Below, piece by piece: positions 1-9,545 of a DNA stretch of 34,070 nt. Within the stretch, counting starts at the first letter, position 1. Each line of letters begins with the position of its first letter. A program made the position numbers and the translations under genes. The notes beneath the pieces were generated by a model, which had not been told where the DNA came from, ran no database searches, and saw only the letters and a list, made by a program, of their open reading frames with translations. Source of the stretch: Trichomonas gallinae (Eukaryota); NCBI GenBank assembly GCA_008369845.1, contig MRSU01000921.1, positions 1-34,070 on the forward strand. The letters are read 5' to 3'.

Positions 1-264
1 AAAGCTGCTCCCCACTAATTTGAAGCCGCTCCCCATCAAATTCAGAATGGGATATCCCATCAGATCTGAGGAAAAACATTGATTTTAGATGAAAATAGTA
101 CTATTTAAAATATTAATGCTACTGGTGCATTTAAAATTGATTCAAAGTGCCTGTGTAAGTTAAAACTAAGGAAATTGTTTAAAAACGTATTTTTGACAGG
201 TAACCCACTTTTCCCCCTGGGGTATCGCAAAACTGGTGGGTGGGTTACCTTGCGACATCCTTAA
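1..264. mobile_element. Possible terminus of a DNA transposon (Kolobok-like, TTAA target site), extending off the left edge of the window
   Basis: GC-richer than flanks. 11-bp inverted repeat AGGTAACCCAC (198-208)/GTGGGTTACCT (240-250); palindromes at 47-60, 60-69 and 93-106; imperfect 21-bp direct repeat at 2-42. Block ends ...GACATCC|TTAA at 260/261-264. No transposase is visible in the window. Confidence 0.3.
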
Positions 265-1012
265 ATATACAAATGTTTTCGACTCAAATTCGAAAAAAAA
301 AAGATTCTCACGTTTTAATAATGGTTTATTGATATCATTGGCATTGGAAATTATGAAATATAAACGTTTAAATCCTTATTCCGCAAAATTTATTATCGAA
401 AATTCAAAAATGAAGCAAATACGAAATTGAAGTTGTAATTAATATTATTTATAGCTACTTTAATTAAAGCAGGACTCTCTAAGCTATAAACTGTAATTTC
501 AAAAATCACAGAATTAAAATACTAATTTATTTGATTTTAGAAATATTTTTATCTACCAAAAGATATAACATAGTATAATCGATAAATTTTATAGCAAAAA
601 ATTGCTATTTTGGATAGCAAATTTTTAAAAAATTGAACAATCAGCTTCCATCAATCATCTTTTTGATATAAATTATTATGATATCATAAATCCATTTCAC
701 AAAATTGGTTAAAATCATCCAATATTTTTGATTTTTGATTCTAGTTTAATTCGAATTATTTCCATTCTCTTTTAATTCCACATGCAATGAAAATACATTG
801 TATAAACATTAAATGAAAGAGATACAAAAGTTTAACAAAATCAGATATGATCTAATGTCAAAATGCTAAAATTTCGGAAACAAATACGCCAAAATACATT
901 TCCTTAATGATTATATCAAAATGATAATATGATGTAAGAAAATGTCAATTTGTCAGGCAAAACCATTGTTCATCGTGGCTCGGCCATGATGTAACATAAA
1001 AATTTTTGCATT

Positions 1013-1017
1013 TCATT
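1013..1017 (+). promoter_or_regulatory. Trichomonad initiator (Inr)-like TCATT
   Basis: TCATT ends 8 nt before ATG 1026, matching the TCAYW consensus and the short 5' UTRs of trichomonads. Confidence 0.45.
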
Positions 1018-1025
1018 TAAGTATT

Positions 1026-2099
1026 ATGTACATTGGCTTTAGCTACGCCATAATTCATCGAGATAATTCTCCAAATGATGTTTGGGATAAGTTTTATGGT
1101 GGAATTTATAGAGATGACCCGACACAATGGACAAATCCAAAAAAAGAATCAGCTGAAACAGACTATTACGCATTTAAATGCAATTTCCAATCTCTTTCTT
1201 GCTGTCCAATTGTCTTTGTTGAAGGAACAAATGATTACAAGCTCCTTCATTCAGAATGTTTTTTTACTAATATAACTTCGGAAACAAAATATCCATCTGG
1301 AGGTGTAATGTTCCAAGTCAACGGTTCAATTGTACAACATAAATTCCAAGCAAGTTCTCTTCAAAAAGATATTGAAGGTGTGGTTTGCTTTTCTATTATT
1401 CAACTACCTGATATACATTATGTTTCAATACATAATTTGATTCTTGATTCATCACTTTGTTGTAGTGGAAGTGAAATCACTGCAAATGTAATACAGTATG
1501 AAAATATTGATAATATATCTATTTCTAATTTAAATTCAACCAATAATAAAGCATCATATGGATCATGTGTGTTTATTAGGGAGGCTTTGGCGTATCGTTT
1601 AAATTTTTGTCATTTAATAAAAAATTCAAATTATGGACCATCATTCATTAGTGAGAATATTAAAAATGATTCATATATAGGTTATACATCCTTTAAAGAA
1701 CATAACTGCTCAGATTCACTCCTATATTTGAGTAATACAAAAAGTTCTATTTTTTCAAATTGCAATTTTATCAAAAACAATATTACCTCAGAAAGCAATC
1801 CACCTTTAACTTATGCAGATGATATTCTCACTTTTAAATGTTGTTATTTCCTGGAGAATCAAGTTGCTGAATATTTTTCTGTAAGAAATTTATATATCAT
1901 TGATACATATTTTGATAACTGGACTGGCCAGGGAGTATATCATGTAATAAACAATAAAGAGAACTTCATGAAATGCATATATCAGGTTGTCATAGGCGTA
2001 AAATCTCAAAGCAATAGTTGCGAAAACCTGTTGCAAAACCATTACATTGGTAATTCTATATTATCTTCCGGAATAGCTCTCGTAATGTCATTGTTTTAA
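1026..2099 (+). CDS. Hypothetical Asn/Cys-rich protein, probable right-handed beta-helix (pectin-lyase-like) with hydrophobic C-terminal tail
   Basis: 357-aa ORF in AT-rich DNA; recurring F-x-x-C-x-F-x-x-N coil-like motifs (FSNCNFIKN, FKCCYFLEN, LNFCHLIKN); C-terminus ILSSGIALVMSLF; Inr-like word upstream. Confidence 0.55.
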   Translation: MYIGFSYAIIHRDNSPNDVWDKFYGGIYRDDPTQWTNPKKESAETDYYAFKCNFQSLSCCPIVFVEGTNDYKLLHSECFFTNITSETKYPSGGVMFQVNGSIVQHKFQASSLQKDIEGVVCFSIIQLPDIHYVSIHNLILDSSLCCSGSEITANVIQYENIDNISISNLNSTNNKASYGSCVFIREALAYRLNFCHLIKNSNYGPSFISENIKNDSYIGYTSFKEHNCSDSLLYLSNTKSSIFSNCNFIKNNITSESNPPLTYADDILTFKCCYFLENQVAEYFSVRNLYIIDTYFDNWTGQGVYHVINNKENFMKCIYQVVIGVKSQSNSCENLLQNHYIGNSILSSGIALVMSLF

Positions 2100-3488
2100 T
2101 ATTTAATTTGAATATATTCTCAGACTTTATGTAGCAAAATTTCAATTCTATCCAGGAACTAATTTTTTTCATGTTAAATATCATATTATGAAAAACCAAT
2201 TTAAATACGTAGATATTTTTGAATAAATAGCGTTTGTGTATATTGATTTCATTAATTGACTTATAAACTCTCTAGAACGTCTTCTAACTCTTATAATGTA
2301 TAAAATTTCTAAGTATATCGTAGTTTCCTTGAGGAAAATATCCCATAAAGAAATGATAATACATGATACAACACGCAAGATAATTCAATTCTATTTACAT
2401 GTCAAAAAGCATTTTTTTTTCGACCAAATGTCTCAGAAAAACAATTTGAGAAAAAGACATCAAAATCGAGAGGAATCCATTTTCCAGATTTCAGTAAAGT
2501 TAGCAATCATGAGGATTTCTGTTATAATATGAGAACTGACATGATTTAAGCATTTCCAACAAATTTCGATAATTCTACCTTGATAATTGTTCAGTCTATG
2601 CTATATAACTGCATGTTATGAACAAGTAAAATTATAATTCCATCTAATATATGCTATAACGGCATTTTCTTGCAAAAAATAATTAATATCAAAATATTTA
2701 ATGCTATTAATAGCACAAATAGCGCATTCTTATGTAGTATGCTACTTTGTCGGGTTAAGAAAGTATGTCGAAGAATTACAGGAAATTGTCGATATTTTAT
2801 AGTTTCCTCTAATTCCATGGTTTAGTGGTTAATGACTTACATCATTTTACCATGGTTAATATTTTGGAATGGCAAAAAAGGTTCCATGATTTAGATTTCG
2901 TAGAAAATGGTCTTATAAATCAAACTATCATATGAAACATCGATATGCCACCAAAATATTATTACAAAAGTATTATGGTTTTTTATTTTATCAAACAATA
3001 AAAATATCTTAAATGAATTGATTTAAAATTTTAAAATGAATCCAAAATAATCGTTGCAATCTCAATGTTCTAAGCCTTTGTGAAAAATGAAAATATTTTA
3101 TATAAGTGACATAAAAGATGGATATATTTTATGATGTATTTGCTAAGGTTTTGAATTGAGTGGATTTTGTGATTATTCAATTTAGCATATAATGATGCAC
3201 ACTTTAAACTCTACAAAACCGCCAATTTTTTCAAAAATGATCGTGAAATATTCAATTCATATAATCGCGTTTTTTTTTATTCACAAAATGTTCATTAAAT
3301 AAATATTTTCATGCATTTATATAATTATATCAACCTTTAAGGCGATTTCTTCAAAATGATCGGCATGAACTTTTTGAATGAAGAATTCAAAATAAGAATT
3401 TTTAAAATGACTTATATTCTGTTATTATTACATGATTTTATAAGGCAAAAAAAATTGAATCATTAAAAAAAATTTGCACATCTGTGAG

Positions 3489-5267
3489 ATGGTTGGGAGC
3501 TATTTAAATGCTTTCATTTATTATTGCCTTCCGATACTGGCATTATATACCACTCAATCCATTGTATGGAAGGAACAAGAGAAAATGAATTTCAAAAAAA
3601 TATTTTCATATTGCGTTAATTTAACAATTTACCTTTCGGCTTTCCATATACATCCATTTATACATCTATTTCTACCTGCAAAATTCTCATTTTCAATTAT
3701 TTTTGGAGGAATTTGCACCATATTTCTTTCCAATTTCTTTTTCAACTTGCAAAACCATGTTGGTCAATCAACATCACATATTAGAAAACGTATACAAAAG
3801 TTGAATTTCGTTGAAACTATTATTTTGATATTTCTCCAATCTTTTTTAATTGCATTCTTTAAAGAAACGTATTCACAAACTGGTCCATTACAGTTCTCAG
3901 AGCTACTCTGGATGTCGGAACAAGCAATGGTTTTCAAATCAAATTATCCAATTATTTTTGCATTCATAAGAACACATATATTTACACTCTTTATACCATC
4001 GGCATTATTTTTCTGCATAATCTATTCACAAACACCCAAAATACTGAAAATTCCCAAATTCAATTATCATATCACGATTTCTTATATAATAGTTCCCATA
4101 ATTTATGGCTTATCATTATTGTATCTCTCATCTATTTTGTTTATTACTGACGAATCAGCAAATGGTGACATAATTAAGGGCCACGCAGTAAAAGCAACGA
4201 TGGATATGTTTACACTTCCAAAAAAGCCTAAAAACATACTATTTGTAAGCCTTGAAAGCATGGATAACACATTCGCAGGCAAGTCAGTAGGAGGAGTAAG
4301 AGAAGAATCCTATATGCCTTATCTTGAGCATTTAGCATTAGATCCAAAAAACATTCACTTCACAAATAGACAAAAAGGAATTTTAGGGGGCGGATATACA
4401 ATTAATTCTACCAAATTTACAGTTGGTGCATTATTCGCTAGCTTCTGCGGACTCCCCTTCCTTGGTTCAAGAAAGTATTCAGGAGATTCTCGTGAAAAGC
4501 TTTATTACAAGAGGCATCTATGCCTTCAAGATATTTTGAGTAATTTAGGATATGAAACATCAATAACTATGGGAATTATTCCAGAAGACTGGTCCATGGG
4601 AAATATATGGAAATACCACCCATCAAAGGATCAATTCTGGTCCGATGGTGGCTGGATATTAGACAAACAAAAATATCCGATATTCATGGAAAGGGTGACA
4701 AATATATCGAAAAGAGGAAAACCGTGGTATGCATTCACAGCTACTCTCGATTTCCATAATCCAGGATATACATGTCCTGATTGCCCGCCAGGTAATGATG
4801 GCGCTATCAGATCGCTTAAGTGCACAGACAAAAGGACCGAATGGTTTGTGAATTGGGTCAAAAGTCAGCCATGGTATAATGAGACATTGGTTGTGATGAT
4901 AGGCGATCATAATGCAAGATTGCCTCACATCACATCTAAACCTGAATATAAAGGATTCGAAAGGATGACGTATAATGTTTGGATGAATGCTGAAGCAGAT
5001 CCAAATGTTAATTTAACAAATAGGCAATACGCTAATGTTGATATGTTGCCAACAATATTGAGTGCTGCCGGAATCAAGGTGAAAGGAGATAGAATTGGAG
5101 TTGGAACAAATCTATTCTCCCAGAGACAAACTTTTATTGAAGAGTTTGGTTTAGACGCTTTCCAGAATCGTTTAGGAAATGTAATGGTGTGGTATAATGA
5201 TGCATATATTGGCTCTGATGAATCGTGCACAAGTTCAGGAATGTGCTTCAGTGGCAAGATGTTTTAA
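3489..5267 (+). CDS. Membrane-anchored sulfatase/alkaline-phosphatase-fold enzyme, LtaS/MdoB(OpgB) phosphoglycerol transferase-like
   Basis: Several N-terminal hydrophobic helices, then KPKNILFVSLESMD (metal Glu), FTVGALFASFCGLP (nucleophile Thr), DFHNPG, GDH and NVDMLPTIL...G. First ATG is 3489; the ORF track opens at TTG 3474. Confidence 0.85.
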   Translation: MVGSYLNAFIYYCLPILALYTTQSIVWKEQEKMNFKKIFSYCVNLTIYLSAFHIHPFIHLFLPAKFSFSIIFGGICTIFLSNFFFNLQNHVGQSTSHIRKRIQKLNFVETIILIFLQSFLIAFFKETYSQTGPLQFSELLWMSEQAMVFKSNYPIIFAFIRTHIFTLFIPSALFFCIIYSQTPKILKIPKFNYHITISYIIVPIIYGLSLLYLSSILFITDESANGDIIKGHAVKATMDMFTLPKKPKNILFVSLESMDNTFAGKSVGGVREESYMPYLEHLALDPKNIHFTNRQKGILGGGYTINSTKFTVGALFASFCGLPFLGSRKYSGDSREKLYYKRHLCLQDILSNLGYETSITMGIIPEDWSMGNIWKYHPSKDQFWSDGGWILDKQKYPIFMERVTNISKRGKPWYAFTATLDFHNPGYTCPDCPPGNDGAIRSLKCTDKRTEWFVNWVKSQPWYNETLVVMIGDHNARLPHITSKPEYKGFERMTYNVWMNAEADPNVNLTNRQYANVDMLPTILSAAGIKVKGDRIGVGTNLFSQRQTFIEEFGLDAFQNRLGNVMVWYNDAYIGSDESCTSSGMCFSGKMF

Positions 5268-6077
5268 TTCATCATTTTTTATGCTATAGAGATAAAGAAT
5301 TATATATTTTGAACCATAATAATATTTTTATATATGTTTGATATAATGTTTGATCAACTGATTATATGTAGTTGTATTTGATAATTTCGTTGAAATGAAA
5401 TCATATACATTATAATAATAATAATAAAAAAAAAATGAAAAATAATCATGATATGAGTTAGATGAGAATGAGAATCACTACTCTTTTCCATAGTTATCTA
5501 TTACTGCGACATTAAATTGATGCCTTTGATGGTGAATACGTATTGTTTTCTATATTGCTGTGGCATTTGAATTTGAAATTTTTCGATCAGCAATCAAAAT
5601 TGCAATGTTGATCTTTATTGTAATCTTATTAATAAAATATTTCAAAATGAGATATATTGTGAGTTACAACACATAGTGATAAAGATATATATATATAATA
5701 AGAACGCTGCGTTCCAATAGAGGAACAAAATATTGTCTGTAATTTAAGAAACTTAACCTTATTACTCGGGAAAATATATCGTTGTGGAATCATAAGAATG
5801 AGTGATAATTTTCATTTGTTGTATATTTATCATGTAGTTTATTTTAAATAGTAATAGAATCTTGGAATAATTTCTCAACCAAATACATCCTTATGTAATT
5901 ACAGACGTTTTTTTAGCTCAATAAATTCTTTGCAAAAGAGTGAACTTTACATGTCAAAAATTATATAAAATAAGTTTCTTTTTTGACCATATTTTTATGA
6001 TTTTCGACTGAATGTAAGAATGCATTTAAAAGAAAAACGAAAATCAGATCTGATCTTAACATGTCAAATTTAGAAAA

Positions 6078-6902
6078 ATGGAAGATTTTCAAGTTTCTGA
6101 TCCTATATATAGCAAAATAATGGGATATGTTGTCGATGGGCCTATCCCAGAATCTTGGAGACAGCCATTTTATTTTAAACCAAATTCAAACAGTTTAGTT
6201 CAAAATAAATCTGGTCCTTGCGGACTTTTCGCTGCATTACAAGCGTACATCATTAAGAAACAAACAGAATGTCCAGGCTACACACCACATCAATTGCTTT
6301 GGGAAGCAATGCTCGAAATTATGCAAAAAATTCGTGGTACTTATCTTTTCTGCACTTACATAGATCAGCAGAATCGCAGACTCGCATGGAAGGCTACTTC
6401 CGATCTCAGAACGGCTCAGGTGTTTCTTGGATCAAGCCGTTGGACTGATGATCCACAAGCAACACTTTTATTTGCCATTTCCATAGTGATTCTTGTTGGT
6501 CCAGTGTGGCTGAGATACTTTTCCATTCCTGATCACGTTATTGATGAAGCTGGATATACTAATCTCACTTTTGTTCTATTATTAATAACTGGCGAGGTTC
6601 TAGACTCATATATTGATAACAATGCATCTGTTGGTGGCATGCCATCTAAAGGAACTACAGTACAACCAGAATTCGGATTATTATCAAACGCTGAATGCGT
6701 TGCTTACCAACAGATCGGACGCTTCTTCACACATCCACATCAAAATATTTGGGTGGCTTACTACGGAGCTCACTTTACAGTGATGATTGCTGGACCAAAT
6801 GGTAACTTTGAGTTTGACTCTCTATCTAAGTATCCATGGGTTCCGTTTACACCAAAGCACCCATTCACACAGCTCATCAATGACGCTTATCGTGGAAATT
6901 AA
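6078..6902 (+). CDS. MINDY-3/MINDY-4 (FAM188/DUF4205) family deubiquitinase
   Basis: LVQNKSGPCGLFAALQAY matches the MINDY3/4 Gln...GPCG catalytic Cys motif; HPHQNIWVAYYGAHFTVM matches the P-x-x-x-IWV...HF catalytic His motif; LLLITGE and FGLLS blocks are also present. Confidence 0.85.
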   Translation: MEDFQVSDPIYSKIMGYVVDGPIPESWRQPFYFKPNSNSLVQNKSGPCGLFAALQAYIIKKQTECPGYTPHQLLWEAMLEIMQKIRGTYLFCTYIDQQNRRLAWKATSDLRTAQVFLGSSRWTDDPQATLLFAISIVILVGPVWLRYFSIPDHVIDEAGYTNLTFVLLLITGEVLDSYIDNNASVGGMPSKGTTVQPEFGLLSNAECVAYQQIGRFFTHPHQNIWVAYYGAHFTVMIAGPNGNFEFDSLSKYPWVPFTPKHPFTQLINDAYRGN

Positions 6903-7485
6903 TGTTTATAAAAATTTTTTATATTTGAAAATCCAAAATAATGTCATAATATTCATCTGCAACATCAAATAAAAACTAATCAACTATTCTAATTCTGTAA
7001 GGTTAATATAATATATCAAAATTTAAAAACCTGAATTATATAATATTTTATCAAATATACTCAAGCTTTACAAGTAGTTATTCATAAATAATAAGTACAA
7101 TTTAACAATAACTAATATAAAACTCTAAAAAAGCTGTAAATCATAATCTCTGACATGTAAACAATGATTTCATTATTTTACAGTCAAAAATTTTGCATAT
7201 ATATTCAGGTTTCACAAGGAGTAGTTGGCTAATGATATATGGTTCACATATTCGGAGTGTAAGTGTTGGGAAAAAACGAGCCTTTGACAATGATAGCTTG
7301 AATTATAAACGTTTATAATTTTGACATGTATATTATTTTCCTTATTTTATTGTCAAAACTCGAAAAATTCAATAGATTATTATGCTTTCACGCCCGCAAT
7401 TCCTTTGAAAACTGCTTCACTTTTGAGAGCATTATAAATTTTGACATGTAAAATTAATTTTTGGAATAAAAAGGCAAATTTGAAA

Positions 7486-8319
7486 ATGGGCGTTTATAAG
7501 ACTTCACTATTCACACTAGCGCAAAGATCATCGCGCGCGGTGCCGGCATTCCTCGAGAAATGCTTCAAATTTCTATTAACCAAAGCTAACCTTTGCAACG
7601 ACATCTTTAAGATCCCAGGAAACGAAAGAGAGATTGAGAGACTCGTTGATGTCATCGAAGCATCTGGTGACGTAGCATTTCCACCAAATACATCACCACA
7701 CGTTGTTGCAGCACTTATTATGAGATTTTTGGAACAAATTCCAGATCATATACTAGTCGATAAGCACGTTTCCAAGTGGAAAGAGATTCCAACCGTTCCA
7801 ACAAGCGACAAAGAGCCTTATGTTTATATTAGACACTTCTTAAAAAAGCTTCCGACCACAAATTTATTGATTTTATCCAGAGTTTTCGCCTTCTTCAAAA
7901 TATTTGCTAAATATGAGTCAATTACAAATGTCACAGCAGAACAAATTGCTGAAATTCTTGCTCCAGTCATTATTGTCGATAATGATGATAAAGATTACGT
8001 AACAAATCCAGAAATAGTTATGATTATGATCAAGAACTATAAGAAAATCTTTTTCAACTGCTACTCCATCTCAAAGAAGAAGTTTTTGTCCTCAACAGAA
8101 TATGAAGAAGCATTTTTCAAGCAAATTAGCCAAGAATTCTTTAATACAACTACATCCAAGGGCCTTGTCAATCCAATCCAAGAAACATTTGAATCAAAGA
8201 AGATGTTCAGAGTAGTAGATATTCAGCGTCCAAGTCTTGAGCGCTTGTTAGGAAACCTGCTCTCCAGAGAACGCAGAGAGCACGCTCAAGTTAATTCCAC
8301 TAAGTTTTCAATCAAATAA
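7486..8319 (+). CDS. RhoGAP-domain protein with degenerate arginine finger
   Basis: VPAFLEKC...DIFKIPGN...SPHVVAALIMRFLEQIPD...LKKLPTTN...QIAEILAP follows the RhoGAP pattern. First ATG is 7486 (track opens at TTG 7441). Stop TAA is followed by A (TAAA). Confidence 0.85.
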   Translation: MGVYKTSLFTLAQRSSRAVPAFLEKCFKFLLTKANLCNDIFKIPGNEREIERLVDVIEASGDVAFPPNTSPHVVAALIMRFLEQIPDHILVDKHVSKWKEIPTVPTSDKEPYVYIRHFLKKLPTTNLLILSRVFAFFKIFAKYESITNVTAEQIAEILAPVIIVDNDDKDYVTNPEIVMIMIKNYKKIFFNCYSISKKKFLSSTEYEEAFFKQISQEFFNTTTSKGLVNPIQETFESKKMFRVVDIQRPSLERLLGNLLSRERREHAQVNSTKFSIK

Positions 8320-8665
8320 AAAATGTTATTCATGCAGCATTACATATTTACTTAGGCATTTATAATTTTCTTTAGGCAAAATCGAAATTTAAATCGAGCA
8401 TATCCATAATTCATTGTATAAATTGATATTCAAAAGTTGAATATTAAGATAGAATCAACAAACTATTAAATAAGAATCAGCATAAATAAGATTTTTAATT
8501 GCTATAACGAAAAGAGTCAATATTTCAGAAAAAAAAATTTCGAATTCATTAATATAATAAAACACATATAAGAATAATAATCAATGTGCAGAGAAACTCC
8601 AATAGCATCAGATTTTATGTTGGTCCTTATGATATCCAACAAGTGAAAAATATAAGCAATGTGCA

Positions 8666-8690
8666 AAAGTGACAATATTAGAAAAGTGAC
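8666..8690 (+). promoter_or_regulatory. Two AAAGTGAC upstream motifs (T. vaginalis M2-like)
   Basis: AAAGTGAC at 8666-8673 and 8683-8690, with near-copies just downstream (AAAACGTGAC, AAATTGAC), 70-90 nt upstream of ATG 8758. Confidence 0.55.
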
Positions 8691-8757
8691 GGCTAAAACG
8701 TGACATCTTTACAAAAATTGACAAAACGGAGAAGTTTAAAATTATTTTTTACAAAAT

Positions 8758-9189
8758 ATGGATCATTCAGTTATCGACAATTTAGCTAAAGCTACAACAA
8801 ACGAAGTCACTGAGGAGATCAAGAGATGGATCAACAAGCAAGGAATTGATGACGAAATCCAATCAGACGCAGCAGAAATGGCAAGAATTGCTGCAAGGCA
8901 TCTTCTTGATCCAGATCAGCCTCCTCTTAAAGACTTTCCACGTATTCCACTCGATTTATCAACAACAACAGAGGAGGATGTCCGTTACATGCTTATACAA
9001 GAATTTTTACAATCAGCTGGCTTTAACTTTACATCTAACGTATTGAAATACGAATCTCAATGCCCAGAGTTCCCAATTGACCGCGAAGATCTTGGTGCTG
9101 CTCTTGGATTCCCATCCTTTGATAGAACTCCATATTTAGTCCAGATCATTGAAGAAAAGCTGAAGAAGGAACTTCAGTCCGAGGTTTAA
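8758..9189 (+). CDS. LisH-motif protein, FOP/FOR20/TON1-like centrosomal/basal-body family
   Basis: MLIQEFLQSAGFNFTSNVLKYES is a LisH motif, followed by REDLGAALG...PYLVQII as in the FGFR1OP dimerisation domain. Stop TAAA. Confidence 0.65.
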   Translation: MDHSVIDNLAKATTNEVTEEIKRWINKQGIDDEIQSDAAEMARIAARHLLDPDQPPLKDFPRIPLDLSTTTEEDVRYMLIQEFLQSAGFNFTSNVLKYESQCPEFPIDREDLGAALGFPSFDRTPYLVQIIEEKLKKELQSEV

Positions 9190-9545
9190 ATTCAATGATC
9201 AAAATCGGGAAATATTCAAGTTAAATAATTCTTGATTGTGTTTTTTCATCATTGAATAAGTGTATTTAATAAATATTCAATAAAAACTTGTTTCAATAAA
9301 ATCTCTTGATCATTTATCATCAAATAACAAAAATATAATTCATTAATAATTTAACAACAGAAATTAACCAAATATAATGAATAGCATACTTATACTGTAC
9401 GAATGTATATAAATTATAATGATGAAATCTGTCAAAATGAATATTTTTAATATCAAACTTTATAAATTGATGAATACGAATGTTTTGTTGATTGGTTGTT
9501 TTTCTAATCATGTATAAACATTTATTTATATACAAACAAATATAT

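Noticed and set aside
236..430. 64-aa ORF
   Set aside because: GTG start, low-complexity AT-rich translation, and it spans the putative element boundary.
560..640. AT-rich inverted repeats (ATAGCAA/TTGCTAT and neighbours)
   Set aside because: Expected by chance at this base composition.
2181..2900. Short ORFs on both strands and a stop-interrupted minus-strand frame with CxxC-like words
   Set aside because: No recognisable family; could be a decayed gene but cannot be supported without a translated search.
5480..5560. Minus-strand fragment reading ...NVAVIDNYGK, faintly ankyrin-like
   Set aside because: Too short and interrupted by stops to call a pseudogene.
6043..6054. Palindrome ATCAGATCTGAT upstream of the MINDY gene, similar to 60-69
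   Set aside because: Only two instances in different contexts; insufficient evidence for a motif.
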